64,000 nucleotides of DNA from Pyrinomonadaceae bacterium (GCA_050998795.1 JBPCPU010000079.1:3257-67256), one strand, 5' to 3'; counted from the stretch's first letter, positions 24,853 through 35,119 are shown. Numbers and translations are program-made. The notes: generated from the sequence alone by a model not told the origin.

Positions 24853-27333
24853 ATGAGAGATAGTCGAGAAATAATTCAAAAAACTGTTGAAACGGTTGAG
24901 GTCGAGCGTCCGTTTGAATCGCAGATGCCTATTGCCAACGGCGGATACGGCGCATATCGGGACGTTAATGTTCAAGACGGTTTTCAACTGGCAACCTACT
25001 GGCGAATCATCCGCAAAAGGTTTTGGCTGGTCATCGGAATTGCGGTTTTGCTGACGACTTTGACCTCGATTTATATGGCGCGGAAGCCGGATATCTATCA
25101 GGCAATGGCGAAAGTTCAAGTTGATTCGGAACAAGCCAACCCGGATTTGGTGACAAACGACCGTCGCGCGCCGCTCACTAATCAGGATTCGTCGTATTTC
25201 AATACCCAACTACAGCTTTTAACCAGCGGAAGTCTTTTGCGTCGAGTAGTAAAAGAACTTAGCCTGGACACCAATAAGGATTTTCTAAAAACCAAGAACG
25301 AAGATTCGGTTTCAGCCTGGCGTTCAATGTTAAGAGCCGTCGGGCTTGCCAGCAGTCCGCCTAAAAAGAACGGAAGCGGGATTGACGAGGTTGCGGTTTC
25401 ACCCAGCACTTCGTTGGCTTCTTCCGAAGAAATAACCGAAGCAATTCGATTAGCTCCATATGTGGATGTTATTAGAAAAAATTTAGGTGTCGATCCAATT
25501 AGAGAATCCCGCACGACCTCAAAAGACACGCGATTGATTGAGATTACTTTCAGGCATACCGACCCTGATCTCGCCGCTTTGATTGTCAACGGCGTTTGCG
25601 AGGTTTTTGCCAAAGTCAATCAGGAAAAACGTACCGGTACAAGCAGCAAGACAAACGACTTTTTGCAGGAACGCATTGCCACTCTCCAATCGGAAATCAA
25701 AAGCGGCGAAATAAAACTGGTGGATTTGACCAGAAAATTCGGTATTCTCAAAACCGATAACGATCAAACGATTGTCTTGAATCGTCTTTCGGGATTAAAT
25801 AAACAAAAGCTTGATTCCGAGAACGATAGAAAAAACGCCGAGGCTGAATATTTTTCGGTGAAGGATTCGCCCGATAGACTAAAGTCGCTGGCTGAAGGCG
25901 AAATATTGCGTTATACCAGCGAAAGAGAAAATGCTATTCAGTCATTAGTAAATAGAACGCAGGAAAAAATTGCCGATTTAAATGCTCAACGGGCTAGACT
26001 TTTGGAAGAGTATTTACCAACCGCACCGGAAATAAAAGAAGCAGATACCCAAATAGAATCATTGAAAAATGATATAAAGAAGGTAACGCAAAACAATCAG
26101 GAAGACCTGGAAGGCTTTCGCAAACGGACAACTCAAGATATATTAAACAACTTAAAAACCAAATATATTAAAGCGAAGACTCAGGAAGACAGCATTCGAG
26201 CGGCTTATGATGAACAGTATAATGAAGCTCAAGGTCAAAATCAGTCGGATGTTTCTTTGCGGCTTTTACAGCAGGAAATAGAAACGAAAAAAGGTTTTCT
26301 GAAAAATCTAACTGACAAACAGCGTGAAAACGACGTTATCGCGGTCGGAACGGACAACAACATCAGCGTGGCGGAGATTGCCATTCCGCCGGAAATTCCG
26401 GTTGCACCGAGAAGATTAACTACCGTTTTGGCGGCGCTGTTTTTGTCTACACTTTTCGGAATGGGTTTAGCGTTATTTCTTGAATATCTTGACGACACCA
26501 TCCGCACGACTGAAGAAGTTGAAAATTATCTGCAGCTACCGGCGCTGGCGGCAATTCCGCGGATTGATTCAATGCCGAAACGCCGACTTTTACTGGTCGG
26601 AGGGAATGACGGCGGGGAAGCATCCCTGACTTCCGAACTGCTAATTCACAACGATTCACGCTCTTCATTAGCGGAGGCTTACCGCCAACTCAGAACGTCA
26701 ATTCTACTTTCAACCGCCGGACGCGCTCCGAAATCGCTTTTGATTACATCGAGTTTGCCCGCCGAAGGTAAAACGACAACGGCTATCAATACGGCAATCA
26801 GTCTGGCGCAGACGGGCGCGAAAGTCTTGATTATTGATGCCGATATGCGCCGTCCGCGGCTTCATTCCATTTTCAATATCAGCAATGCCGGAGGATTAAG
26901 CACACTTCTTTCAACCGAGTTGGCTGATGAAAATTTGATTGATGTAATATCCTACGACGAAGAATCTAAACTTAATCTGTTGCCGTCAGGACCTGTGCCG
27001 CCGAATCCGGCGGAACTTATCGGTTCGGAACAAATGTCAAATTTGCTCAAAAAATTGCAAACACATTTTACGCACATTGTTATTGATTCGCCGCCGATTG
27101 CCTCTTTTACCGACGGAGTTTTGATTGCTTCAATGGTTGACGGCGTGATTCTGGTCGTTCATTCGGGCAAGAGTTCGCGGCAGATTGTGCGCCGCTCAAA
27201 ACAGCTATTGCAGGACATCGGCGTTAAAATTTTCGGCGTTGTCTTAAATAACGTCAATCTTAATTCTCAAGACAATAGTTATTATTATCAAAGTTATTAT
27301 CATCGGGACAATTACCGGCAGGATAATGAATAG
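24853..27333 (+). CDS. Polysaccharide co-polymerase / tyrosine autokinase (Wzc/GumC-like)
   Basis: 826 aa. It has a Wzz-type N-terminal domain with a TM helix and long coiled coils. The Walker A motif is ITSSLPAEGKTTTAINTA, followed by IIDADMRRPRLH. The C-terminal tyrosine cluster is NSYYYQSYYHRDNY. Confidence 0.9.
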   Translation: MRDSREIIQKTVETVEVERPFESQMPIANGGYGAYRDVNVQDGFQLATYWRIIRKRFWLVIGIAVLLTTLTSIYMARKPDIYQAMAKVQVDSEQANPDLVTNDRRAPLTNQDSSYFNTQLQLLTSGSLLRRVVKELSLDTNKDFLKTKNEDSVSAWRSMLRAVGLASSPPKKNGSGIDEVAVSPSTSLASSEEITEAIRLAPYVDVIRKNLGVDPIRESRTTSKDTRLIEITFRHTDPDLAALIVNGVCEVFAKVNQEKRTGTSSKTNDFLQERIATLQSEIKSGEIKLVDLTRKFGILKTDNDQTIVLNRLSGLNKQKLDSENDRKNAEAEYFSVKDSPDRLKSLAEGEILRYTSERENAIQSLVNRTQEKIADLNAQRARLLEEYLPTAPEIKEADTQIESLKNDIKKVTQNNQEDLEGFRKRTTQDILNNLKTKYIKAKTQEDSIRAAYDEQYNEAQGQNQSDVSLRLLQQEIETKKGFLKNLTDKQRENDVIAVGTDNNISVAEIAIPPEIPVAPRRLTTVLAALFLSTLFGMGLALFLEYLDDTIRTTEEVENYLQLPALAAIPRIDSMPKRRLLLVGGNDGGEASLTSELLIHNDSRSSLAEAYRQLRTSILLSTAGRAPKSLLITSSLPAEGKTTTAINTAISLAQTGAKVLIIDADMRRPRLHSIFNISNAGGLSTLLSTELADENLIDVISYDEESKLNLLPSGPVPPNPAELIGSEQMSNLLKKLQTHFTHIVIDSPPIASFTDGVLIASMVDGVILVVHSGKSSRQIVRRSKQLLQDIGVKIFGVVLNNVNLNSQDNSYYYQSYYHRDNYRQDNE

Positions 27334-27457
27334 TGGTGAGTGGCGAGTGATGAGTGGTAAATAAATCAAAATTTGAATAATTTGCGTGGTTTAATTATTT
27401 ACAAGAATAATCTTTAGGATTTACCACTCATCACTCGCCACTTATCACTCACCACTA
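27331..27457. repeat. Heptamer-repeat hairpin (ggtgagt/ggcgagt/gatgagt) with 56-nt loop
   Basis: The left arm is tagtggtgagtggcgagtgatgagtggtaaat and the right arm is atttaccactcatcactcgccacttatcactcaccacta. The right arm has exactly one extra heptamer. The first 3 nt are the wzc-like stop codon. Confidence 0.9.
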
Positions 27458-27467
27458 AATAAGAATT

Positions 27468-28475
27468 ATGGAACAACGAACAAAGGTTTTAGTTACGGGT
27501 GCGGGCGGTTTTATCGGCAGTCATTTGGTCGGATATTTGAAAGATAAAGGTTTTTGGGTGCGCGGAGTTGATTTAAAATATCCCGAATTTAGTGAAACGG
27601 ACGCGGATGAATTTGAAATTTTGGATTTGCGGCGTTGGGACAATTGTTTGCAGGCGACGCGAAATGTCGAAGAAGTCTACGCGCTTGCCGCCGATATGGG
27701 CGGAATGGGTTTTATTTCCGCCAACCACGCGAAAATCCTGTATAACAACTCACTGATAAATCTGCACACGCTCGAAGCCGCGAAAACAAACGGCATCAAA
27801 CGATACTTATATACCAGCTCGGCTTGCATTTATCCCGAATACTTACAGGAAGAAACGAATGTTCAGCCGTTAAAAGAAGAAGATGCATATCCGGCGCAGC
27901 CGCAGGACGCTTACGGTTGGGAAAAACTTGTTTCGGAAATTCTCTGTATGCACTACCGAAACGATTACGGCATCGAAACGCGAACGGTTCGTTTTCACAA
28001 TATTTTTGGTGAAAAAGGAAGTTGGGAAGGCGGACGCGAAAAAGCGCCGGCGGCGGTGTGCCGCAAAATCGCCGAAGCAAAATTAAACGGAAAAACCGAA
28101 ATCGAAATTTGGGGCGACGGCGAACAAACGCGCTCATTTTGTTATATTGACGATTGCGTTGAAGGAATTCATCGCCTGATGCGTTCGGATTTTCACGAAC
28201 CGCTCAATCTCGGACAAGACCGAATGGTAACAATCAACGGGCTTGCCGACATTATCGCGGAAGTTGCCGGAGTTAAAATCAACAAAAAACATATTGACGG
28301 ACCGCAAGGTGTGCGCGGCAGAAATTCCGACAACACAAAACTGCGCGAAGTTCTCGGCTGGGAGCCGGAAATCTCGTTGGAAGAAGGTTTGGCGGTAACT
28401 TATAAATGGATTGAAGAACAAGTTCGACAGAAACTCGCAGCCGACAAAGAAGGAAGTTTAGTTGCTCAAGTCTGA
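27468..28475 (+). CDS. GDP-mannose 3,5-epimerase-like NAD-dependent epimerase
   Basis: 335 aa. ALAADMGGMGFISANHAKILYNN, SSACIYPE, PQDAYGWEKL, GGREKAPAAVCRK, WGDGEQTRSF and GPQGVRGRNSDN closely track plant GME sequences as I recall them. Confidence 0.75.
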   Translation: MEQRTKVLVTGAGGFIGSHLVGYLKDKGFWVRGVDLKYPEFSETDADEFEILDLRRWDNCLQATRNVEEVYALAADMGGMGFISANHAKILYNNSLINLHTLEAAKTNGIKRYLYTSSACIYPEYLQEETNVQPLKEEDAYPAQPQDAYGWEKLVSEILCMHYRNDYGIETRTVRFHNIFGEKGSWEGGREKAPAAVCRKIAEAKLNGKTEIEIWGDGEQTRSFCYIDDCVEGIHRLMRSDFHEPLNLGQDRMVTINGLADIIAEVAGVKINKKHIDGPQGVRGRNSDNTKLREVLGWEPEISLEEGLAVTYKWIEEQVRQKLAADKEGSLVAQV

Positions 28476-29835
28476 TTTGATAATGTTTGTTTTGACTCAT
28501 AAAGATTTACAAAATAAAGATTATGTCGCCTGGGCAAAGTTTCTGCGCGAATCCGACGGTTGGAGTTTGGAGCAAATCAAAGAATACGAATTATCAGAAA
28601 TCAAGCGGGTCAGCAAACACGCTTACGAAAATACGAAAGGTTATCGGGAGTTATTTGGAAAAGTCGGCGCACAGCCCGCAGATATTGATTCGATTGAAAC
28701 ATTTCGCAAAATTCCGTTTTTAACAAAAGAAATGATTCGGGATAATCTGGAAAATTTTTCCTGTGATTATCCGAACCGCGAATATATAACGACCGGCGGA
28801 AGCACCGGAATACCGACGGGAATGTATCGGGACCCGATTTCTTTTGCTAAAGAGTTGGCTTCAAAAGCGCATCAATATCACCGTATCGGCTGGCGCGAAG
28901 GCGACCGGCAAATGGTTTTTCGCGGTTTGCAGATAGAGAGTTCCGATGGTATGCAGTTTGAACCGAAATTTAATGAACTTCGCTGCTCGACATACCAATT
29001 TATTCCGTCGCAAATGGAGATTTATCGCCGGAAAGCATTTGATTATAAACCTGAATGGATACGCTGTTATCCTTCTTCGGGATATGTTTTCGCCGATTAT
29101 TTAAAAGATTCGGGAAAGTCTTTTCCGAAAATAAAAGGCTTGCTTTGTTCGTCGGAAAATCTTTACGATTTCCAAAAACAGCTTTTTCGGGAAGTCTTCG
29201 GCGACGAGGCGCGGATTTTTGTCCATTACGGACATTATGAAATGTCCGCTTTGGCAGGTTTTTGCGAATATACGGACGATTATCACGTCTTACCGCAATA
29301 CGGTTTTGTCGAATTGTTGGATAAAAACGGTAATCAAGTTACAAAAGAAGGAGAAATCGGTGAGATTGTCGCAACTTCATTTATAATGACGGCGACACCT
29401 TTTATTCGTTTTAAGACGGAAGATTTAGCCGTTTTCAAAAGTTGGGGTTGTGCGGAATGCGGCAGACCTTATCAAATTTGGGAACGTATCGAAGGCAGAC
29501 TGCAAGAATTGATTCAAACCGAAACAGGACGTTTAATTTCGACTTCGATGCTCAATATGCACGACGATTCTTACGATTTTTTGAAACAATTTCAGTTTCA
29601 CCAAAAGGAAAGCGGCAAAGTTACATTTCGATTTATACCGAAAGAAAATTGCGCGGAAAATTTTCTGGAAAGCATTAAAGCTAAAATTCAATACAAATTA
29701 GGCAGCGATATAAAACTTGAAATTGAATCGGTTAAGGAAATTCCGCTGACAAAACGCGGAAAACACCGGTTGTTAATTCAAGAATTAAACTTAAAACAAA
29801 ATCATCCGGCTTTGGAAAAACCCCTGAGTTTATGA
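28462..29835 (+). CDS. Adenylate-forming enzyme, phenylacetate-CoA ligase / CapK / F390-synthetase family
   Basis: 457 aa. A TTG start follows a GAAGGAAG Shine-Dalgarno sequence (ATG 28483 is an alternative). TTGGSTGIPTGMY is the P-loop-like AMP motif of PaaK/CapK-type ligases. Confidence 0.65.
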   Translation: MLKSDLIMFVLTHKDLQNKDYVAWAKFLRESDGWSLEQIKEYELSEIKRVSKHAYENTKGYRELFGKVGAQPADIDSIETFRKIPFLTKEMIRDNLENFSCDYPNREYITTGGSTGIPTGMYRDPISFAKELASKAHQYHRIGWREGDRQMVFRGLQIESSDGMQFEPKFNELRCSTYQFIPSQMEIYRRKAFDYKPEWIRCYPSSGYVFADYLKDSGKSFPKIKGLLCSSENLYDFQKQLFREVFGDEARIFVHYGHYEMSALAGFCEYTDDYHVLPQYGFVELLDKNGNQVTKEGEIGEIVATSFIMTATPFIRFKTEDLAVFKSWGCAECGRPYQIWERIEGRLQELIQTETGRLISTSMLNMHDDSYDFLKQFQFHQKESGKVTFRFIPKENCAENFLESIKAKIQYKLGSDIKLEIESVKEIPLTKRGKHRLLIQELNLKQNHPALEKPLSL

Positions 29836-31310
29836 CTGTAAAAGTGGCAGTTGCCCAAACAGAAACCGTTTATTCGGAAAACGCGCCATATCATCCGTCG
29901 GAAAAATATCCCGAATATCCGTTTGGTGAAAACTTGTCTTCCGTTTCAAATCCGGTTTATGGCGCGGTTCGTCAACTTTTTGTCGAACTCGAATACGACA
30001 TTGAAAATTTTGGAACACCAAATTGGAATCCGTTAAAAAATCTGATTTCCGGCGGAATGACGGTTGTTTTGAAACCGAATTTTGTCAGAAGCTGGCATTC
30101 CGAACGAAAAAATCCATATTCAATGATTACGCATCCGTCGGTTTTGCGTGTCATCGCCGATTATTGTTTAATCGCGCTGGAAGGAAAAGGGAAGATAATT
30201 ATCGCCGATGCTCCGCAATATGACGGAAACTGGGCGGAATTGCTCGAGTTGACAAAACTCGATGAGGTTGCTGATTTTTTCAAATTAAATTCCGACGTGG
30301 ATTTTGATATACGGGATTTGCGTCATTACTGGTCGCGCAAAAGACATTTTCCCTCAATGATTGAGCCTTTAAAAGGCGATATGCAGGGAAATTTGACAAT
30401 AAATTTGGGAAAGGAAAGCGCGTTAAGTTCAATTTCAAATCCCGAAAAACTTTACGGAGCTGTTTATCACCGGCAGGAAACTGTTGAAAATCATACGAAC
30501 GAACGACAAGTTTATGAACTTTCGCGGACGGTGTTGGAAGCCGATGTAGTAATTTCCGTTCCGAAATTGAAAACTCATAAAAAGGTCGGAGTAACAATGA
30601 ACATTAAAGGTTTGGTTGGAATTTGCACCAATAAAAATTTGATTGTTCATTATATGCTCGGATTGCCGGGCGAAGGCGGCGACCAATTTCCGCCAAATCA
30701 TTTTACGCCGATGGAAGAGGGTTTGATAAGAACCGAACGCTGGATGTATGACACATTTTTAGCCAAACAAAGTGTTCCACTCGAATACGTTCATCGTTCG
30801 ATTTACTGGCTTCACGGGAAATTCTTAAAACCTTTGGGTTTGGGTGTTGATAAAAAGAAAAGATTATTAGATGTCGGAAATTGGTATGGAAACGATTCGG
30901 CGTGGCGAATGTCGGTTGACTTGTTAAAGTTATTTCTTTTTTCGGATAAAGCAGGAAAACTTCACAAAACACAACAAAGGCGCGTGTTTTCAATTATTGA
31001 CGGAATAATCGGCGGCGAAAATAAAGGTCCGCTCGAACCTGATCCGGTGGAGTCGAAAATTTTAGTGGCTAGCGAAAATTTTTTAGCGGCTGATATTGTC
31101 GGAACACGCTTGATGGGATTCGACCCGTTAAAAGTTAAAATTTTTACATATTTAATGAATGAAGACGGTTGGGATTTTGGTGTAAAAAGTTTTTCGGATA
31201 TTTATGTTGAAACATCCAATCCCGATTGGAAAAATTGTTTGGAAAATAAGACGAATAAATTTTTAGAATATAAGCCATATCCGGGTTGGGTCGGGCATTT
31301 AGAGATATAA
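29832..31310 (+). CDS. DUF362 domain protein
   Basis: 492 aa. The ATGA start/stop overlaps the ligase gene. VVLKPNFV near the N-terminus and IIADAP are characteristic of DUF362. Confidence 0.55.
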   Translation: MTVKVAVAQTETVYSENAPYHPSEKYPEYPFGENLSSVSNPVYGAVRQLFVELEYDIENFGTPNWNPLKNLISGGMTVVLKPNFVRSWHSERKNPYSMITHPSVLRVIADYCLIALEGKGKIIIADAPQYDGNWAELLELTKLDEVADFFKLNSDVDFDIRDLRHYWSRKRHFPSMIEPLKGDMQGNLTINLGKESALSSISNPEKLYGAVYHRQETVENHTNERQVYELSRTVLEADVVISVPKLKTHKKVGVTMNIKGLVGICTNKNLIVHYMLGLPGEGGDQFPPNHFTPMEEGLIRTERWMYDTFLAKQSVPLEYVHRSIYWLHGKFLKPLGLGVDKKKRLLDVGNWYGNDSAWRMSVDLLKLFLFSDKAGKLHKTQQRRVFSIIDGIIGGENKGPLEPDPVESKILVASENFLAADIVGTRLMGFDPLKVKIFTYLMNEDGWDFGVKSFSDIYVETSNPDWKNCLENKTNKFLEYKPYPGWVGHLEI

Positions 31311-31313
31311 AAA

Positions 31314-32675
31314 GTGATGAATGAGAAAGTATCGGTTGTCGGGTTAGGAAAACTCGGCTTGGGATTGGCTTTGTGTTTGGCTGACAGCGGCTTTGAAACA
31401 TTGGGCGTTGATGTGAACGAAAATGTTGTTAACGGCATAAATTCGGGAAAGACACCAATTATCGAACCGCACTATCAGGAATTAATCAAAAAACTCGGCG
31501 AAAGATTTCGAGCAACGACAAGCCACGCGGAAGCGATTGAAAAAACAGATATTACATTTATTCTAGTTGCCACGCCAAGCATCGGCGACGGAAGATTTTC
31601 CAACCGTTTTGTTAAATCGGCATTGAAATCTCTGGCGGAAGCATTTGGGAAAAGTGCCAAAAAGAATCATTTGTTTGTTATTAGCAGCACGGTTGTGCCG
31701 GGTTCGACCGATAAAACTTTTATTCCTTTAATCGAACAATTTTCCGGTAAAAAATACAAAAAAGATTTCGATGTTTGTTTTGACCCCGATTTTGTCGCAC
31801 TCGGTTCGGTTGTCAGAGATTTTAAAAATCCCGATTTAGTGATAATCGGCGAAAGTTCACCGGAAGCAGGAGCGAGAATTGAAGAACTGCATCGTCAGAT
31901 GTGTGAAAACGAGCCGAAGATTGCGCGGATGTCAATCATCAGCGGAGAAGTTGCCAAGGTTAGCCTGAATGCTTATATCACAATGAAAATCAGCTTTGCC
32001 AATACCATTGCAAATCTCTGTGAACGAATCGAAGGCACGGATGTGGATGCAATTACAAATGCCATCGGACAGGATAAACGCATTTCTCCATATTATTTTC
32101 GCGGCGGTTTGGCATTTGGCGGAACTTGTTTTCCGCGTGATACAAAAGCCTTTATGACAATTTCGCGGCAGTATGACTTGGACCCGATTTTGCTTTCCGC
32201 CGTTGAGGATGTCAATGTCGAGCAAAATAAGCATTTAGCCGACCTGGTTGGCAAGCATCTTGGAACTGAAAACAAAGTTTCGGTTCTGGGTGTTGCTTTT
32301 AAAGATAAAACGCCGGTAACGGAGGCTTCGCCCGCCATAAATTTGATTCAGGAATTGGTTGTCGAAGACGTTTTTGTGACGGTCTTTGACCCTTTGGCGA
32401 TGGAAGATACGCAGGTTTTATTCGGTGATGAGATAAATTATGCTAATTCTATCGAAGAATGTTTGGAAAGTTCTCCGGTTTGTGTGGTTACTTTAATGTC
32501 CAAAGAGTATAAAAATGCGGTTGAAAATTATCAATCCATCAAGCCTTTGACAATTATTGACTGTTGGCGGCAAATTGATGTGGATAAAGTTTCACAAAAT
32601 ATAAAGGTAATTGCAATTGGACGGGCTGAAATAGAAATTGTTAATAATCAAAAATCGCTTGGCAGTAATGTCTAA
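31314..32675 (+). CDS. NDP-sugar 6-dehydrogenase (UDP-glucose/GDP-mannose dehydrogenase family)
   Basis: 453 aa. VSVVGLGKLGLGLALCLA is the Rossmann motif. GGLAFGGTCFPRDTKAF contains the catalytic Cys. A C-terminal UDP-binding domain follows (VSVLGVAFKDKTPVTEASPA). Confidence 0.8.
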   Translation: MMNEKVSVVGLGKLGLGLALCLADSGFETLGVDVNENVVNGINSGKTPIIEPHYQELIKKLGERFRATTSHAEAIEKTDITFILVATPSIGDGRFSNRFVKSALKSLAEAFGKSAKKNHLFVISSTVVPGSTDKTFIPLIEQFSGKKYKKDFDVCFDPDFVALGSVVRDFKNPDLVIIGESSPEAGARIEELHRQMCENEPKIARMSIISGEVAKVSLNAYITMKISFANTIANLCERIEGTDVDAITNAIGQDKRISPYYFRGGLAFGGTCFPRDTKAFMTISRQYDLDPILLSAVEDVNVEQNKHLADLVGKHLGTENKVSVLGVAFKDKTPVTEASPAINLIQELVVEDVFVTVFDPLAMEDTQVLFGDEINYANSIEECLESSPVCVVTLMSKEYKNAVENYQSIKPLTIIDCWRQIDVDKVSQNIKVIAIGRAEIEIVNNQKSLGSNV

Positions 32676-32838
32676 ATGTATTGACAAATTAGGTTAGATT
32701 GTTTGAAACAAACGACAGCGCGTCGGCAAACTGTTCGCTACTTATCAAAGAATTATTCTGACTATCAGTGAACAATTAATAGCGCACAACGAACAGTTTC
32801 ATAATCTCGCGCCGACCTCACCTAACTTGTTAATACAT
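32676..32838. repeat. 163-nt TIR element, copy 1 (same family as 43004-43166)
   Basis: The TIRs are atgtattgacaaattaggt and acctaacttgttaatacat. Inner complementary arms surround a central tcaaagaat...agtgaa core. The element starts immediately after the dehydrogenase stop. Confidence 0.8.
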
Positions 32839-32854
32839 CTGAAACCTAAGAAAA

Positions 32855-33784
32855 GTGTCTGAAAAAAAAAGAATTAAAGTAGGAATAGTTACAACTGTCC
32901 ATAATCGTCGAGAGTTGACTCTTTTATGTTTGCGAAGTCTTGCCCGCCTGGATACAAATTGGTTGAATGTTCATATCGTAATTGTTGATGACGGTTCGAC
33001 CGACGATACAGCGGAGGCTGTTACGCGGGAATTTCCCGACGTTGAAATTATACGCGGCGACGGCAATTTGTGGTTCACCGAAGGCATCAATGTTGGTGTT
33101 CGTGCTGCCTTAAAACATAATCCCGAATACATTTTGATGATTAACGACGACCAGATTTTTGATTCAAAGTCTTTACAGTTTATGGTCGAAACGGCGAAAA
33201 AATATCCGCGTTCGATAATCGGTTCGCTGCTTTTATTGTGGGACGTTCCTCACAAACTTTTTCAAGTGTCGCCGAAATGGGAAACCTGGCAGGGCGGTTG
33301 GCAGTTTTGGGATGAACAGACGATTTGGACAATTCCGAAAAAGCCTTGGAATGTAGATATAATTGTCGGAAATTGTGTCTTAGTTCCGGTTCAAGCGATT
33401 CGTGAAGAAGGTTTGATGAACTCGAAAAGGTATCCGAATTTTGGCGATGCCGAATATACGCCGCGTCTGAAAAAAAAAGGCTGGCAACTCTTGATAGAGC
33501 CGCGAGCGCGGGTTTTTTGCCAACCGAATACTATTCCGCCGAGAGTTACTAAAATGCCGCTGAGAAATAAACTTGACGCGCTGGTTTTTAACCTCGGACA
33601 CAATCACAATTTAAGACGGAAATTTTATGCTCACCTGGAAGGCGCACCCACAAAATTGCAGGGTTTTATATCCTTTTGGGTTTTCTTTGCGCGGGTCGCG
33701 TGGAAGAAAATATCAAAAAAATCTCCGCCAAAAAATGAAAAGGAAATTGCCAAAATGTTTTCCGGTGCTATTGTAAAAGATTAG
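32855..33784 (+). CDS. Glycosyltransferase family 2
   Basis: 309 aa with a GTG start. VGIVTTVHNRRELTLLCLRSL...VIVDDGSTDDT...MINDDQ is GT-A with the DxD region. Confidence 0.8.
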   Translation: MSEKKRIKVGIVTTVHNRRELTLLCLRSLARLDTNWLNVHIVIVDDGSTDDTAEAVTREFPDVEIIRGDGNLWFTEGINVGVRAALKHNPEYILMINDDQIFDSKSLQFMVETAKKYPRSIIGSLLLLWDVPHKLFQVSPKWETWQGGWQFWDEQTIWTIPKKPWNVDIIVGNCVLVPVQAIREEGLMNSKRYPNFGDAEYTPRLKKKGWQLLIEPRARVFCQPNTIPPRVTKMPLRNKLDALVFNLGHNHNLRRKFYAHLEGAPTKLQGFISFWVFFARVAWKKISKKSPPKNEKEIAKMFSGAIVKD

Positions 33785-33874
33785 GTATTCTTTTTAAAAC
33801 ACTGTAAATAAAAAGAAAAATACTTTGTTGATAAATCACTTTAACAGTCTGCAACCTGACTCTTAACTTAAAAC

Positions 33875-35119
33875 TTGAACAAATTAACCCTGAAAACATC
33901 GAATAAAAATACTCCGAATAAGTTTTATTATGTTTGGAATTATCTGGAATGGGGCGGCGCACAAGTTTTATTTTTCGGTTTGATGAAAGAAGCGAAAAAG
34001 TTCGGAGAAGTTTTGGCAATAATGCCTTCCGGTTCAAACGAACAATTACTCAAGTTTCTGGACAATCTTAAAGTTAAATATGAATTTGTTAATGCTCATA
34101 CCGACGGGAAGTCCGCTTTCACGCTCGGAAGAAAGCTGGCAAGACATTGGAATAAACTTCGCAGCGAGTATATTTTTATTCGTTTTCTGAGTAAGTTAGA
34201 TTTGAAAAGCGGAATAGTCCACACAGAATTTGCGCCCTGGCAATCGTTTCTTGTGTTATGGCTGCTTTCAAAAAAAACACAGGTTTTTTTTACGATGCAC
34301 AATTCGCTGCCGTCTGTTCCGGGATGGCGTTATCTTCAATGGCAAATTAAATTTCGGTTGTTGGCGCGTCTGAAAAACTTTCATATTTTTACCGCCAACA
34401 AAAACACAAAAGAGAGTTTAAGAAGACTCGTTCCGCCGGACGCTTTTGACAAAATTAAAGTGATTTATGCCAATATTGATCCGGAAGAAATTGATGAAGC
34501 CTTAGCTGCGGAGATAAATCGCGCGGAACTTTGCCGAAAATACAATTTGCCGGAAGATAAATTTTTAGTTCTTTGCGTCGGGCAGTTTATCGACCGGAAA
34601 GGACGCTGGATTTTTTTGGAAGCGGCGCAGAAATTACTCGAAGATAATAAAGATATAGCATTTGTTTGGATTTCAAATTCAAAACCGAATGCGGAAGAAT
34701 TGGAAAGAACGGAAAGTTATGGTTTGGGCAAAAATTTTACGCTGATAACTTCCGACCAGGTTGGCACGGAGCATATTGATTTGTTTAAACTGATGCGTTT
34801 GGCTGATGTTTTTGCTCTGCCGAGTTACGTGGAAGGTTTGCCGATTTCGATAATTGAAGCGATGGCGCTCGGCATACCGACAATTTCCACCAATATCAAT
34901 GCCATTCCCGAAGCCGTCAAACATCTTGAAACAGGCTGGCTGATCGAACCCGGAAACAGCGAAGCATTAGTCAACGCCGTCCAAACATTAAAAGACGACC
35001 AAAATTTGAGAAGCGAACTTTCAAAAAAAGGGCGCGAATATGTTTTAGAAAATTTTAACGAGAAAGTTGTCGCAAAAATCGCCGTCGAAAGCTATCTTGA
35101 AGCATTTCGCACAAAATGA
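33875..35119 (+). CDS. Glycosyltransferase family 4 (GT-B)
   Basis: 414 aa with a TTG start. LPSYVEGLPISIIEAMALGIPTISTNINAIPEAVKHLETGWL is the EX7E region. Confidence 0.8.
   Translation: MNKLTLKTSNKNTPNKFYYVWNYLEWGGAQVLFFGLMKEAKKFGEVLAIMPSGSNEQLLKFLDNLKVKYEFVNAHTDGKSAFTLGRKLARHWNKLRSEYIFIRFLSKLDLKSGIVHTEFAPWQSFLVLWLLSKKTQVFFTMHNSLPSVPGWRYLQWQIKFRLLARLKNFHIFTANKNTKESLRRLVPPDAFDKIKVIYANIDPEEIDEALAAEINRAELCRKYNLPEDKFLVLCVGQFIDRKGRWIFLEAAQKLLEDNKDIAFVWISNSKPNAEELERTESYGLGKNFTLITSDQVGTEHIDLFKLMRLADVFALPSYVEGLPISIIEAMALGIPTISTNINAIPEAVKHLETGWLIEPGNSEALVNAVQTLKDDQNLRSELSKKGREYVLENFNEKVVAKIAVESYLEAFRTK

Noticed and set aside
25182-25619. 145-aa minus-strand ORF inside the wzc-like gene
   Set aside because: It is an antisense shadow ORF. 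The plus-strand frame has clear Wzz/Walker motifs.
32676-32838. TTGACA inside the left TIR as a sigma-70 -35 box; also the idea that the TIR elements are retron msr/msd RNAs
   Set aside because: No acceptable -10 hexamer lies 16-19 nt downstream in either copy. No reverse transcriptase gene is anywhere in the window.
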